From Phoronis australis (Eukaryota > Animalia > Phoronida): a stretch of 64,000 bases of DNA. Under the pieces are notes generated by a model. That model had not been told where the DNA came from. It did not search any database and saw nothing but the letters and a program-made list of their open reading frames with translations. The DNA lies in the NCBI GenBank assembly GCA_002633005.1, contig NMRA01000099.1, forward strand, positions 257,086 through 321,085. The letters run 5' to 3'. This document shows positions 12,717 to 25,770 of the stretch, piece after piece. The number at the start of each line of letters is the position of its first letter. Position 1 is the stretch's first letter. A program made the translations under genes and the position numbers.

Positions 12717-13227
12717 GTAATTTTGAAATTCTTCAGCCTTAAGCATATTTTTTACGTTTTTCAAGAAAATCGACCATTCTTAGGGCCTTTTTGAAAATTT
12801 AGAAAGCAACTGAATCTCATAGTGGTACTCTACTATAATTTCTGCTGCAGTGTGTGCCCAAAACTGTTTTTGCATGAAGCATTGAGCTAGTGTAGATGCA
12901 TATTGAGTTTATGCATGCCCCACATTTTCTTAATTAAATAAAAGTGAAAAATAATGAAAAAAATCTATTTCATGAATTCATTATCTTCCTGTATTTTCCA
13001 TAAATGTACCAGCTGGTTCATATCATTTTTTCCAATATACCTTGTGAGTCTTTCTGTGCTAGTATAGTGATTTCCAGGCTATTTTTATGCACCTCAAGAT
13101 ATTGAAATAGATCCCAAAAATTTTTTAAGATGGCTCCACTGGTCACCAGTATTTGGATACGTGTTACTGTACTCTAATCCACTGAGCTATCGAGACCACT
13201 GCTCGATTACAGATATCCAAACAGTCT

Positions 13228-14289
13228 TACCGTATTCGCCCTAATAAGCGTCTATGCCCCTATAAGTGCCCCCCACCCGTTTTTAGACTTTGCTATAATA
13301 AGCACCTAGCCCATAAGCGTGTGTATACATGCAAAAAATGCCTTACCTACACTTCTAAAATTCTACAGTAACGTCTTCAATTTATCAATAATATGTGACA
13401 GTCCGCAAAAAAATCATTGTGCATGGAATTTGTAGACCCAAGCCTTGCCGCTGTGTCGGTATTCAGCCGTGACTGTACACTTCAAACTTCTACAGTGCTT
13501 CAAAACTTACGCTTAAGTTCTGTTGATCTTGCGAGGAACGTGTTCCACTGTAGTCAGGCCTTTCAGCATATTTATCAACGGGATTGTATTGTATATTTCC
13601 CGGACAGATCTTCTCATTCAACAGGAATCCATATTTCTTTGTACTCGTGAAAACTGCGAATCAAAGACTAATAAAAAAAAATTGACCAGTGGCCAGCAAG
13701 CGTGCGCTGTTACTGGGGCAAGTGAACTCTGATGACACGCACGCGCTCACTCACTCGGCACACACCTGCAGACGAACTTCAAAACAAAAGTCACGTGATG
13801 ACAACGTGTGTCCGTCGCTGTTCGTCCATATTTTTCTTATGTTGCGGGGTGCGATTTAGCGCAGATTTGGACTTAATCTGCGGTTAATCCCGACTCCACA
13901 GGAAATTAAAAATCTTGGAGATGCCATGTGGAAAACTTAATGAGGATTTCAGGTAATTTGTTGAGTCGAAGCTTATTTTTATTCAAGAATTCAAGTTACC
14001 GTATTGACGATTGCGAGGCAGCGACGCATCAGTCAGCGAGTTTTCGCCCAGGGATTTCTGTACAATTTTCTGAAAGAGTATCTAATGTACCAATCAAGTT
14101 TGATAGCACTGCGCCACAGTTATGTGGAAAGTCTGTCATAGGTTACAGATACATCGCACAGCGTAAATTTTATGAATCGTAGCTTCCGATTTCATCCATT
14201 TCAGATTTCAACCGCCTTAGGCTACAATAAGCGCCCCCCGAAACAAATTTTTCTAAGCGCCCTGGGCACTTATTAGAGCAAATACGGTA
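13228..14289. mobile_element. TcMar (Tc2-like) non-autonomous element, ~1.06 kb, in the last Morgue intron
   Basis: TA|CCGTATTCGCCCTAATAAGCG ... CACTTATTAGAGCAAATACGG|TA terminal inverted repeats with TA duplication; subterminal ataagcgcc repeats. Confidence 0.8.
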
Positions 14290-14786
14290 ATAGAAGGCAT
14301 CTTACCTTAACTTTGAAGACATATACATGTGCATAATATCAACGTACTGATGTATAACAGTTCATTAATATATACATTGATATTTTTAATTTCACTGAAT
14401 AGTAAGTTCTAGTATTGTGTGTTCATTTTCACGGTTACATCAACGTTGAATACAAGTCAATAAGTAGTCAGATTTTTTACATCAGTTTTAAAAATGTCAT
14501 ACAAACTGTTGTGGAAACCATATCACCGTTTGTTTTTTATTATGCCGATTTTCTGGGGGTTTTTTTGTCAACAGTATTGTGCATTTAACCAAATGGGGTT
14601 CTTTGATTGCATTTGCAGCTGAATTTGTCTTTACAGACTTCATTTTCACTAGTTTGGGTTCAATTTTGACCTTTCAACTTTTTCGCTGTACGTGATTTTA
14701 AGAACACATAATGTATTCGAGTTCGTGACCAATAAAATGTGTTTTAGTAATTGGATGAGATATTAATACATGCTGCTTTATTTCAG

Positions 14787-15102
14787 TTACCCAATGAAAC
14801 CACCTGTTGTACGATTCATCACCAAGATATTTCACCCCAACATCAGTCGCCATGGCGATATTGGTCTGGACTCTATCCAGCACAACTGGAGCCTGGCACT
14901 GACCATCTCCAAAGTGCTGGTCAGTATTCAGTCCCTCTTGACTGACCCCTATTGCCGTGTGTGCATGGAAAGGACGATCGCTACTCTGTACGACAAGGAC
15001 AGACCGAGGTTTGATAGCATAGCCCGCAGTTGGACATGGAAGTATGCCATGCATGATTATTTAATGCCGTTTGACTTGGACCTCAGTAAACTGTCTCTGT
15101 GA
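14787..15102 (+). CDS. morgue: Morgue-like gene last coding exon: UEV C-half with catalytic Cys-to-Gly change
   Basis: YPMKPPVVRFITKIFHPNISRHGDIGLDSIQHNWSLALTISKVLVSIQSLLTDP; HPN motif intact but GDIGLD in place of GxICLD; stop TGA ends at 15102. Confidence 0.93.
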
Positions 15103-15196
15103 TGCTCTTCCACCATAAGGTGAATGAAGTTTTTTTATTCCAAGTGCCTTTGATACATATGGGAATGTAGCGATGTTGATGCTGGGGCATTTTACT

Positions 15197-15357
15197 GTGT
15201 TTGTAATGGAGCCAGGCACCGTGGATTATGAAACAAGTTGTGGCGTTTTAATGTGCTTGTAATGGAGCCAGGCACCGTGAATTACGAAACTAGTTGTGGC
15301 GTTTTAATGTGCTTGTAATGGAGTCAGGCACTGTCAGTTGTGCAACAAGTTGTGGCA
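15197..15357 (+). repeat. ~56-bp tandem repeat x3 in the Morgue 3' UTR
   Basis: tgtaatggagccaggcaccgtg...aagttgtggc repeated three times. Confidence 0.85.
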
Positions 15358-15734
15358 GTCTGCAATAAGAGATGTGTGGTAAAGTCTCACTAATTTAGGA
15401 CACAGAATGGTAGAACGATGAAATATCATTATCTCCTTTTTATGAACGAAATGGAGCACGCTATGCCGTTATCAAGTTTTTTATCGTAGCTACTATATTG
15501 AGACAATTTTTAAATAAAAGCTGGAATTAACTGCAATACCAGAAGCCTTTGAAAATAAAGCGGGACAGTTCTGGCGATTATTTTTGTCCAGAATGGGTGA
15601 GATTTAACTGTACAATGTGGCGTGTGGACCAGATTTAACTGTACAGTGTTGCGTGTCAACCAAATTTTGCTTGTGGTTTAATCATGCGAAATTCAGGATG
15701 TTTGCTGTAATTCTTCACTTACTTAGCATACAAT

Positions 15735-15930
15735 ATGGCCGACAAGTCAAATTCTATTTTGTCAAATTTTCATCACAAAAATAAAGATTAAGACAATTTT
15801 AGTCTGTTACTAGCATAGTTTGTATTACGTAGATGTCATAAAACAACGTTTTGTAAGCTTTCTCTAATTTAAGCTGCACTACTCAGCCTTTGGAAAATGA
15901 ATTTTTGTGCACAATAAGTGGAGAATTACC
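15735..15930 (+). repeat. Dispersed repeat, also at ~25240-25455
   Basis: aattctattttg.caaattt...aaataaagattaaga.aattt...aagtggagaattac shared between the two sites. Confidence 0.6.
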
Positions 15931-17882
15931 AAACTTCATACCTTTGTATTGTTTTCAAAGGTGGCACTGTATTAGGTTTAAATCTCATGTCTTGTCGTTC
16001 ACTGCAGTGTGATTGTACTTAGGGCCTAATTGGCAACAGGAGAGTTTGGTTTTGTGAGTGGTCATGGCTGCACTTCGTTAAGGATATTTTCTTATCGACG
16101 CAATATTTTAACGATTTCTTATCAATAATTCCAAAAATGTAGGTATGGAAATTAATAGGGATAAAAGTTAAATTTTATGTGTTCTTGTAATTGGTTATTT
16201 ACTTAAGATCCTTATACTTTCTCGTAATTCTTAAACTTGTATTTCATGACATGATGTCGTACCCAAACCAATGCCGACTTCCTGTTGTGCCGCGGAACAC
16301 ACAATAATCTCAAAATAGACTGAATACCAGTCATGAAGCCAATTTAAGCTACTGAATTAGATGTATGTTCTTGAACATGTATTTTGTACTAGTCAAATTT
16401 CCCAGGTACCAATGAGAAAACTCTGGTATTTCGTTATATGTGTTTTACCATCGTTTCATCTGCGTTATGCCAGTAAAATCTCACAATTTAGGACACAATA
16501 TTGCATAGAAATTTCTTGTTTTTTTCATGAAAGATATCTAGCGTCAAATTATTGCTTTACCATGTTCAAGTTCTGTACCATAGCTACCATCAGAAAATAT
16601 TTTGAAAATTTTGTGATCATTCACAATATCGTTAGAAGAGCCTGAAAAACGAAAGTGTAATTTTGGAAATTGTTTTTGTCCAAAATTGGAGAGATTTCTG
16701 TTATGTAGCGGTATTTCAGTAGCGCTTTACAGTCCTTGTTTTGTTTTGTTTTGTTTTTTTCAATCTTTGGCCTGAGCTTACGTCAGAATTTTATTGTTGC
16801 ATGGCGAAAGCTTGCAATTTGTAACAGCTTATTTGTGCTGCCCTATTTTAAGATTTGTTTTATGCGCATGAAGTTGCCACTGAAGACATTGTTGTGGTAT
16901 TACTCAGGCACACATTTACTACAGGTAGGAAAACTCATTGTTACATTGGCCTTGTTTTAGAAATGTTGGGCTGATTCTAGGAATCGTGTCAGAAAATGTC
17001 ACATTCACGGAATACTCATCACGTGTATTGAACTTTCTGCCATGGGAGAAGTGCAGTGGGTCTGCTTCACGTGCACAATATAGAATTCTAATGTTGTTTG
17101 TTACGATCTAAAATGGATGTGGCAAAAGTTATTGCTACATGTATTACAATGTGCAGCTAGGTCTGGGCATGTTGACTAGTCATTGTTTGTGTTACAGTAA
17201 AATCTCATGACTTTCTGACAAAAATAATCGTCAAAAGTGGTCTTTTTTCATTTTTCAAACCAAGGCTTTTTACATTGTTGTGAATGTCCAATTCTGACAA
17301 CATTGTCTGAAGGTAGTTACGCTTCACAACTTAATAATGGAAACATTTATTTTGTGAAAAGTATGTCACTTGGCTGCCATAATGTGACCTAAATTGGTGA
17401 GATTTTATTGTGTATTTTGTTTTTGATTTTGTTATCCTATTACTTTCATGGCTTTGTAATGTGAAGCAAACACTTGACCCTAATGCCCTCTGGTGTTCAG
17501 CATAATTATCTTTTCCAGCACGTTTTTAACCAGGCTGCTTACACTTTGAATCTAATCAGCTGTCAGTAATTGCAGGTCAAATTTGTATTCCTATATTCTT
17601 TTTTAGTTTGTAACTGGAATTTCCTGGCTTGGTAAAAGTTTTAGCTAATGCTAAATTTGCATATTCAGCAACCTTGGAAGCAGTTTTTTAAAATGCAGCT
17701 GTACAGTTTTGAGCAAGTTACTGAGGGTCAACCATTTGTTAGTCTGTTTAATTATAGTGACTGTCAACCAAGACATTATGTTGAAATAGTGCTGTTAACT
17801 AGCACTTGTGAGCTAGTGAATTCTCATCTTTTCTAAAATCTATTTGGGATGTTACCAGTGAATTGTGTAGTGCAGGAGAAAA

Positions 17883-17888
17883 AATAAA
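17883..17888 (+). other. Candidate polyadenylation signal of the Morgue-like gene
   Basis: AATAAA at the end of a long T/G-rich 3'-UTR-like tract, near where base skew switches to the opposite-strand dysbindin UTR. Confidence 0.4.
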
Positions 17889-19301
17889 CTTAGATAATGT
17901 CCTACAAAGTTTTTGGTGCTCTGCTCGTTTCATTGGTGCAGTTTAAAGAATAATTTTGGAAAATTAATTTGACTTTTTGCTCGCATCATGTTATGCGCAA
18001 TGAGAAATTTATTTTATCTATAGGTTTGGTTCTTATCTTAGGATTTTGCTTCTAGGTTTTCACACCTGCTCGAACATTCACAAGGAACAGCATTAACTTA
18101 TTTTGTGGCCAATAGGTGTCAGCATGATTTTTGTTATGAATTGATGTTAAATGAAAGTATATATTTTGATAACAGCTTTATTTTCCTTTACATTGGTTAT
18201 TGCCTAAACAACCAGTTAGCACCACGCAAAGTTACAAGTAATAATAAACAGGAAAAGTGGTATTATGCTAGACCAGACCTATTCACCGCCAGGGCTAGTG
18301 CTCATTGTAGAGGAATGTTAACTTTGATCAATTTGCCTGTATACCCCGAAAGATATTTTCAACCTTTTTATACAAATGGAATAATAAAAAACATTCAAAC
18401 CAGAAGTGTGAGACATTGAGCTAGTTAGACACTACAAGCACTGACCAGTTAAATCACTGACTGCATGATCAGCTCAATGGCTGGTGCATTAGTTTTCTTA
18501 CCCATTGCTGACATCATTGCTTAAAGCGAAAACAGCAAATTCTGATGTGGCAGGTTACCCACAAAACACTGACAAGTGTCTTGCCAATAGTCACTTTTTG
18601 ATCCCACACTTTGAGAACCAGTTTGATGCCCGTTCCTTGGTGGAGAAAACTGGTTCTCAATTGAGCATCAAAACAAAAACTCTTGAAATTAGCTCACAGC
18701 GTCACAATTCCAGTTTGACATTTTTTATTAATTTCATTTTAAAGAAATTGGCTAAAAAGTGCTGAAACACCTTTCGTGATAAAATGAGCATGCCAACTTG
18801 ACCAATAAACACCTTCCAGAAGGTGGTAATACATTTTTTCTAACAAAAAATTAATCAAATGACATTTTTCAAATGTCTAACTCCTTACCATTGAAATAAA
18901 TAATGGGTAATAAAAAATAGAGTATTAAAAACAAATCATGGTCAGCTTCAAAGTACAAATTTAAAGTCGACCAAACATTGATGCTAAAGCAAAAAATTCT
19001 TCAGTTTGGGACACAATACCACAGACAAATGAAATATCACTGTCAAATTTCATGACAAAATGAAATGGAACTTTTTTCAAGAAATTTCACTTCGTTTTTG
19101 CACGGTGTGCATGAAAGAGTAATCGAAAGTAGAAAGTTTTTGAAAGCAATTTTGGCAATTAATCTTGGCCCTAATTGAAGATTTTTTTACCATATATGCA
19201 TTATAACACCTGCAAGAGACAACACAGTCAAAACCTATCCTGGCGCAAAAACACCACTGATGTCACTCTGTTCCACTCACAATATGCAAAATGGTTTGAC
19301 A

Positions 19302-19555
19302 ACAGGGGCTCGTACCAAGAAACTGACTTAAGTTCATTTTTGACTTGTGTCTTTATCTAAACTTCCAAAGTTTGAAACTTCCACATACTGTAAGTTATTG
19401 AACTTGAGACAAAACTTAAATCGAAAACTTAATTCAAACTTCAGATCACTTTTTCTTGGAACAGACTTAAGACCAATCATTAGAGTTTTATCTTAAAATT
19501 GGCTTAAATTTAAGATTTGTCTTAGCTAAGTCAGTTTTCTTGGAACGGCCCCCAG
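19302..19555. mobile_element. PIF/Harbinger-type MITE with CAG target duplication
   Basis: CAG|GGGCTCGTACCAAGAAACTGACTTA ... TAAGTCAGTTTTCTTGGAACGGCCC|CAG. Confidence 0.75.
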
Positions 19556-19703
19556 TTCAGTTACAGTTGAATCACGTTACAATGAACTCTCCTCAGACCT
19601 TTCCACTATAACCAAAGTTCACTCTAACCAAATTAATTTGTTTACAATACAGTTGGTTTGGGACTTGTGGAATGGAACTCCATGAGTGAGAAATCATCAT
19701 AAA

Positions 19704-20081
19704 CCGGGACCCAGTCTCTAATCTTTTTACTCAAAATTTAACTCGAAACTATGTTTGGCATTTTCTACCTTACTTTTGTGCGAACTCAAGACAAGTGTCT
19801 ATTATCCTATACTCAAGTACATAATGACTTACATGGATAATTTATTAGTCCTAGCTTACAGTTGATAAACTCAACATTAAGGCTAAAAGTTCTAGTTTGA
19901 ACTCGAAATTTCGAGTTGTTACAAGTGCGAACTTGGACTAGAAACTCATATGCGTAACGTATAATGTATTCGAGCACATTCATATAACCACTTATCTTGA
20001 GTTCGCACATAAGGAGCAGAGAAATTGCCAAAAATAATTTTGAGTTCGTTTCGAGTACAAAGATTAGAGACCGGGCCCAGG
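19704..20081. mobile_element. PIF/Harbinger-type MITE
   Basis: TIRs gggacccagtctctaatctttttactc / gagtacaaagattagagaccgggccc; internal aactcgaa/ttcgagtt sub-repeats; CAG-type flank. Confidence 0.75.
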
Positions 20082-20549
20082 TTTGTTGTTACGTGGTTCA
20101 CCTCTTATTTCTTGAGTGACAATGGTGATAGTGGAATATTTCTACTCCTCAGATAGAAGACTAACTACCTGCATGGCCTGTAACTGAAATACAAAAAGTG
20201 ATAGTTAATGAATAAATGCCTCAGCCTTACCCCAGTTACCATTACATTTGAGTATTTAAAATAGAGCACTTAATCTGAAATAAATTTTTTCAAAGAAAAA
20301 TTTTTGAAAGGCATATAGTTGTATGAACCTAAGCCTCACTTATAACTGAAGGCGGATATTCCTTATTTTGTGCTAAACTGCATGAACTTGATGCATTTTT
20401 GTCCATTCATAGTGCTTTTCAGTTAGTTCCTTCATATATCACCATGTGGTAGTGCGAGTATAACTCCATCAAATATCCAGCAACACAACCATTCAAAACT
20501 GGATAAAGAACCCCTGGGATCCTCATTATACAACTCCGGCATGACACCT

Positions 20550-20752
20550 TCACTCCTGTTGCTCATTTTCTTTCTGGCTCTCCTTCTCCAACTCACTGTC
20601 CGAAGCGCCATCTGTAGTACTTATTTTGACCTCAGTCTGTAATTTCTCAACTATGGTTGTATCAATATCTTCGTCTGTTGCCACGGAAACTTGTGGTTCT
20701 GTGTTCTCGTCATCTTCCAAATCAAAAACTCCGTTATCAGTCTGATTTGTGT
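20550..20752 (-). CDS. DTNBP1: Dysbindin exon 8 (acidic C-terminal tail, ends ENEQQE*)
   Basis: cttcag| acceptor phase 1 in frame with exon 7; D/E-rich; TGA at 20550-20552. A further short exon with acceptor at 20184 may be UTR or an alternative end. Confidence 0.7.
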
Positions 20753-21759
20753 CTGAAGTCAAGCAAAATGTTTTCACTTGTCAATAATAGAGAATACTCA
20801 ATTTTTTCATATTTCTGGTGTCAATTACGAAATATCAACTTTAGAACCAACACCAATTTCACCCAGCTCTTTTTAAAAATATCAACCATTATGAAAAGCA
20901 CAAACTTAATTTACAAAATTCTGTTCTCATAACGTATGAATGTCAACAGTACTGGTGTAGCTCTAACAGTTGTACCTAACCCATATCAGCTCAACGCCAT
21001 GGCATAACTTTTAGCAGCCCTCCTATTTTGAGCCGAAGCAATATGTTATGGTCTCATTGCTCATTTCTGGCCAATGACAAGTCATGGAATGTAAATCAGT
21101 TTTTTATCCAAGATGAAAGACAAATCAAAGAAATTGAAAGTAGTAGTGTTAAACAACTGGGGAAGAATGGAATTTATGACTGAGATAGGCAGTGTTATTA
21201 AAGAAGGTTTAAAGTCCCACACAGTAATAATTGGGGGAAGCCCAAATCTCAAATGTCGAAGTTAGCAGTGCTAATTCTTCCCGCTGAGCATTAAAGTAGT
21301 CGGTGAATTTCATTCTTCCCAAATAGTGTTCTCATGCGTAATTAGGAAAGGCTAAATCATCGTAGTAAAAACCCCGAAAGGGACGCATTACCAAACATAA
21401 ACCACATTCCAAACAAGGCACAGCATGTGGCTATAAGAGTGATGTCAAAGAAGTTAGGAAACAAACACAAATATTTTCAAATTTGACCTATTTTCATTTT
21501 TCAACAGCTTCTAACATTGTTACGAGTTCCCGCAATTTCACAAAAGATCATCCAATGCTGGATACCTATGGTATGGAACTTTAAATGATAAAGTATTTAT
21601 TTGGAGCAACTTGCTTTTGTGGAAAAAAACACTTGTCTGCCATATCCTAATTAACATTTGATGCACTGCAAAAGACACCCAACCACCAGCAATCCCATTC
21701 AGTGAGTCCATAATTGGTGAGAGTCTACCGTAGTTTTTATGCCAAAGAAAAGAACCCTA

Positions 21760-21895
21760 CACACCAAACCATGACCCCTACTCACCAAGCCATGACCTCC
21801 ACTCACCAAGCCATGAACCTTCACTCACCAAGCCATGACCTCCANNNNNNCCAAGCCATGACCCCTACTCACCAAGCCACGACCCTTACTCACCA
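21760..21895. repeat. ~21-bp minisatellite (ccaagccatgacccctactca) abutting the dysbindin exon 7 donor; contains an N gap
   Basis: At least 6 units visible; NNNNNN at 21845-21850. Confidence 0.9.
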
Positions 21896-21998
21896 GTATT
21901 ATCTTCCGTTGACTGCAGAAAGTCATCTAATGCCGTCTCATCACTGTCTATCTTCACCTCACCAATGTCGATTTCATTACTGCTAACACTTGGATGAC
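21894..21998 (-). CDS. DTNBP1: Dysbindin exon 7 (HPSVSSNEIDIGEVKIDSDETALDDFL)
   Basis: tttag| acceptor, g|gtgagt donor; conserved dysbindin-domain ALDxFL motif. Confidence 0.85.
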
Positions 21999-22635
21999 CT
22001 AAACAAACAACAAGTAAAAAAATACAATTAAATTGCTTATCCCATACATTCCTAGAGAACCTGGTTTTCCATTTCCAAAAACAGAAACCTATTTTTAGCA
22101 AACACAAAATTCCATCTTCATCCGCTTTATAAATTATCAAATTCTGTGTTATTATTTGAAAGTGATGAATGGTATAAAAATGATCTGGGAATTGTGATAC
22201 TTTTCACGTGACCAATGCCGCAGCTCTGATTTGTCAATAACTTGCTGCAGGCCATGTCAACTTTGATGATGGATCATATTCNAATGCCGTCTCGTCACTG
22301 TCTATCTTCACCTCACCAATGTCGATTTCATTACTGCTAACACTTGGATGACCTGAACAAACAACAAGTAAAAAGATACAATTAAATTGCTTATCCCATA
22401 CATTCCTAGACCACCTGGTTTTCCATTTCCAAAAACAGAAACCTATTTTTAGCAAACACAAAATTCCATCTTCATCCGCTTTATAAATTATCAAATTCTG
22501 TGTTATTATTTGAAAGTGATGAATGGTATAAAAATGATCTGGGAATTGTGATACTTTTCACGTGACCAATGCCGCAGCTCTGACTTGTCAATAACTTGCT
22601 GCAGGCCATGTCAACTTTGATGATGGATCATATTC
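21929..22635. repeat. Near-identical tandem duplication (21929-22281 vs 22283-22635) split by N, including a partial second copy of exon 7; likely haplotype overlap
   Basis: ~350-bp block repeated with a few SNPs; n at 22282 exactly at the junction. Confidence 0.85.
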
Positions 22636-23567
22636 TTAACGTAAAACCAGAAATACAAGAACTAAGGTGTCTCCTACTGAAATACAGATATTCCATTCAA
22701 ACTCTAAACTCCGTGACAGAAGTCAGACTCCATGAGTTGCATACATTCCCATTATCACGGAAAACCATGGTCTCTACATACCCATCATCAATTCAAAAGA
22801 GTTCCCAAAGTGCACAGTCCAAAAAAATCCTGTTACCCATTTTTTAAGAATGACCTTTAAAAATAGACCCTAGTGGAGTGTCTGTGGACAGCAAAAAATT
22901 ACCCAGTTAAACTAAAAAACTACTGACCAGATGCCCCTACCAAGTGGCTATGCGTTTTTTTTTTTCACGTTTTTTTTTGCCTAAATATGCGTTCCATGAT
23001 CTTTGGGTCATTCCATGTCCCTGGTGAGAGCCATCACGCCATGTCCATGAACACATAATTCAATAGGACATTAAAGAAACTGCGCACACGTTGCAAACCA
23101 GCTCAGTTAAAAAGATTCTAAACTGTGTTTTGGTGATTTCGAACAGTCGACTGGAGTGATAAAAGCAGGATTCAACTAACGACTCGTACTCTCTGTATCA
23201 GACTGGATACTATTAATAGTTCTTGGTGGAGTTGTTCTGTTACTCGCTTTCAGTGTAGGTCAGGATTGCAGACGTTGTAAGGACTTTCAGATTTTGCTTC
23301 AAATGTTTGAGGGTTGTCAAGGCCTACGGACCATTATTTTGTTTTGCAGAACTGGATGCAAAAGCCTGTTAATAGGCCAAAACCGGGTTTGGTATCCCTT
23401 TAAGATAAAAGGAATTGAAAATGAGAAAATCAGATGCAACTAAAAGAGCATGCGGAAGCGCTGTTGTAGTTCGTAGACTGAAAACCCTGTATGTAATAGA
23501 AAGTTCCCACATACCTAAAAAGCTTACATTTAACCTAACTGAAACAAAAGTCCGCTGATTAACTTAC

Positions 23568-23708
23568 GAGGTGAAGTGCCATATAACTTATAATGTTCAA
23601 TGTCCTGAGCAAACGCTTGTTGAAAAGCCTCTTGTCTCTCATGGAGCTGAGCCAACTTCTTTGCTTCTAACTCCTTCACTCTCTGAGCATGCTGCTCTGC
23701 CATTTGGA
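23568..23708 (-). CDS. DTNBP1: Dysbindin exon 6 (QMAEQHAQRVKELEAKKLAQLHERQEAFQQAFAQDIEHYKLYG)
   Basis: Hallmark dysbindin H..KV...E......L.ERQ..F..AF..D...Y...G motif; ttgtag| acceptor and c|gtaagt donor. Confidence 0.92.
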
Positions 23709-23811
23709 CTACAAGAGACACGAGCATTGCATTCAGTTTGGACATAAAGAGGTCACCTTCTGAAAATAACCTCTGAAATGAACAGCTTAAGTATTGAATA
23801 AATAAATCCGG

Positions 23812-24130
23812 TGATTGTGGAGTGAAATGAATCATTTCAACTGGACTTACTTGATAATAATATCCTAGACCTTCGAGAAGAACTGGCACGAGAGAGGTAA
23901 AAGAAGCCATATTTGTCAAAGCGTTCAATCCTTCCCTTAAAAAAATGGTGGGGTAAGATTCAAGATCTCGTCTGCTAGACAGTATGCTCTAGGTGTCTCA
24001 CAATGCAAGAGCTCGTGCCCCGACACAGTTGTCATCTTCCTTTGAAGGAGACGGAAGGTCCCCATAGATCTAAGACATTTTTATCGAGTAAGTCCATTTG
24101 AAATGATTCAATGCACTCCACAATTGATAT
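23812..24130 (+). mobile_element. Penelope-like retroelement remnant with inverted pseudo-LTR
   Basis: Frameshifted ILD..EKNWHER.VKEAIFVKAFNPSL...GG.RF (GIY-YIG C-terminus); ~45-bp inverted repeat at 23816-23857 and 24080-24124. Confidence 0.7.
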
Positions 24131-24977
24131 GCCTGGACAGATCAAGACTCGCATTTCAAAATTCGGTGATTACAACTATTGAAATTCAAATATTTCAGAT
24201 ATCACCAAACAATAGTGAGACACAGCTGCCGACTTAACAACAAAAGATCCATAATCAAGAATACAGAGATTGTTTAGCATAATTTTCAATGAAACCTCTA
24301 GTGCATTTCTGTATGGCATGCCCGCAAAATTTTACAGAAACTGCAACCTGCTCATAGTTCAGTTGAGATTTGTCCAAAAATGGCCACTAACTACAAAGCT
24401 ACACTCTCATAAAACAAAACAAATTATTGGTCAAATGTCAAAATGCATGAGGCACAATCTCACTAATTTGGGACAAAAACAATTGTCAAAATTGGTGGTC
24501 ATTTTCATTTTCCAAAAAGCTTTTAACATTGCTCTGAATGCCCAGTTTCTGAAAGCGTTGTCCGACGGTAGCTATGATATAGAACATACAAAAGCCTTTC
24601 TCATGTATTACTTATCTGCAATGATACATTCTCTATTGAATCACACATTGGTGAGATCTTATCAAAGCTTGGACACTCGGCAACAGTAAGCCACTTCAAA
24701 TCTGAGCACTTTTTCAACAATTGAGATTGACGAACAGCGCCTGCTCATAAAACTCTAAATAAACTCATTCTTCATTTCTTGAAAGTATTACATATACGTG
24801 CATATTTTGGCAAATGTGTCTATTTGTGACAATGCACTTATGTTCAAGCTGTGGCCCGGAGAGTATGTTTATTCCAAGAAAAGCGAGATCATGCATTTTT
24901 TAATTCTTTCTGGTTAGGCATAAATATGTGCATCCACAGTACATGGAAATAATTGGAGCATCGAGTTAGCCTCTGAC

Positions 24978-25133
24978 CTCTGAACTGATTCAGGTCAGCC
25001 AACTTCCTTTCAGTGTAAGAAGACAGCTGATAATGGTGACTCCTTTTGTTCATCAACATGTCCTGCTCTTCTATCTCATCTTCAAGTTCAGTTAACATTT
25101 TCTCCGTCTCTTCACACTGGGAGTTGATCAATG
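24978..25133 (-). CDS. DTNBP1: Dysbindin exon 5 (coiled coil)
   Basis: LINSQCEETEKMLTELEDEIEEQ...YQLSSYTERK; tttag| and g|gtcaga junctions, phase 1/1. Confidence 0.88.
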
Positions 25134-25770
25134 CTAAAATAAGAAATAATATTCTCAGTCACCAGGTCCATCTTATTACATTCAAGTAAACAAAATTTTG
25201 CCTACAAACAGCAATTTTTCACATATTTAGCACACAATACGGCTGGTAAGTGAAATTCTATTTTGCCAAATTTCTTAAAAAATAAAGATTAAGAAAAATT
25301 TTGTCTATTATTGGCTCAGTTTGTCCTGTGTAGACATCATAGAACAACTTTTGCTAAAGTTTCCATCTCCTGCAGCAAAGTAATCAGGCTCTGAAAATTG
25401 GAAAAATGACAATTTTGGCAATCATTTGTGTGCGAAAGAAGTGGAGAATTACTGTACTCATAGTTTTTATCATTAGAAATACTGTTATTATAATTATCTT
25501 CATCAAGCCTATTACACGACTAATCAAAAAAATTGGGTACTTGATGATTCAAGTTACTTTATATATTTTACTTTAGCCTTGGTCACCAAAAGCTTTATCT
25601 TTAACAAATATGCCACTCATAGAAATAATCATCTAGTTTTTTCCCCAGTAACATGAAATCCCACAAATTTAAATGTAAAAACAACCATAAACTCAACAAA
25701 TATTTCAAAAACAAGATATCTCACGTGCCTTATTTGGTCTCAAAAGAAAATTTCCAAAAGTTTTGCTCAC

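Noticed and set aside
15197-15357. Regularly spaced repeats (also 21760-21895, 26890-26995, 52987-53076) as a CRISPR array
   Set aside because: Eukaryotic context, head-to-tail units without unique spacers, no cas genes.
22283-22352. Apparent tandem duplicate (mutually exclusive) dysbindin exon 7
   Set aside because: Truncated exactly at an N and nearly identical including intron sequence; best explained as haplotype overlap in the assembly.
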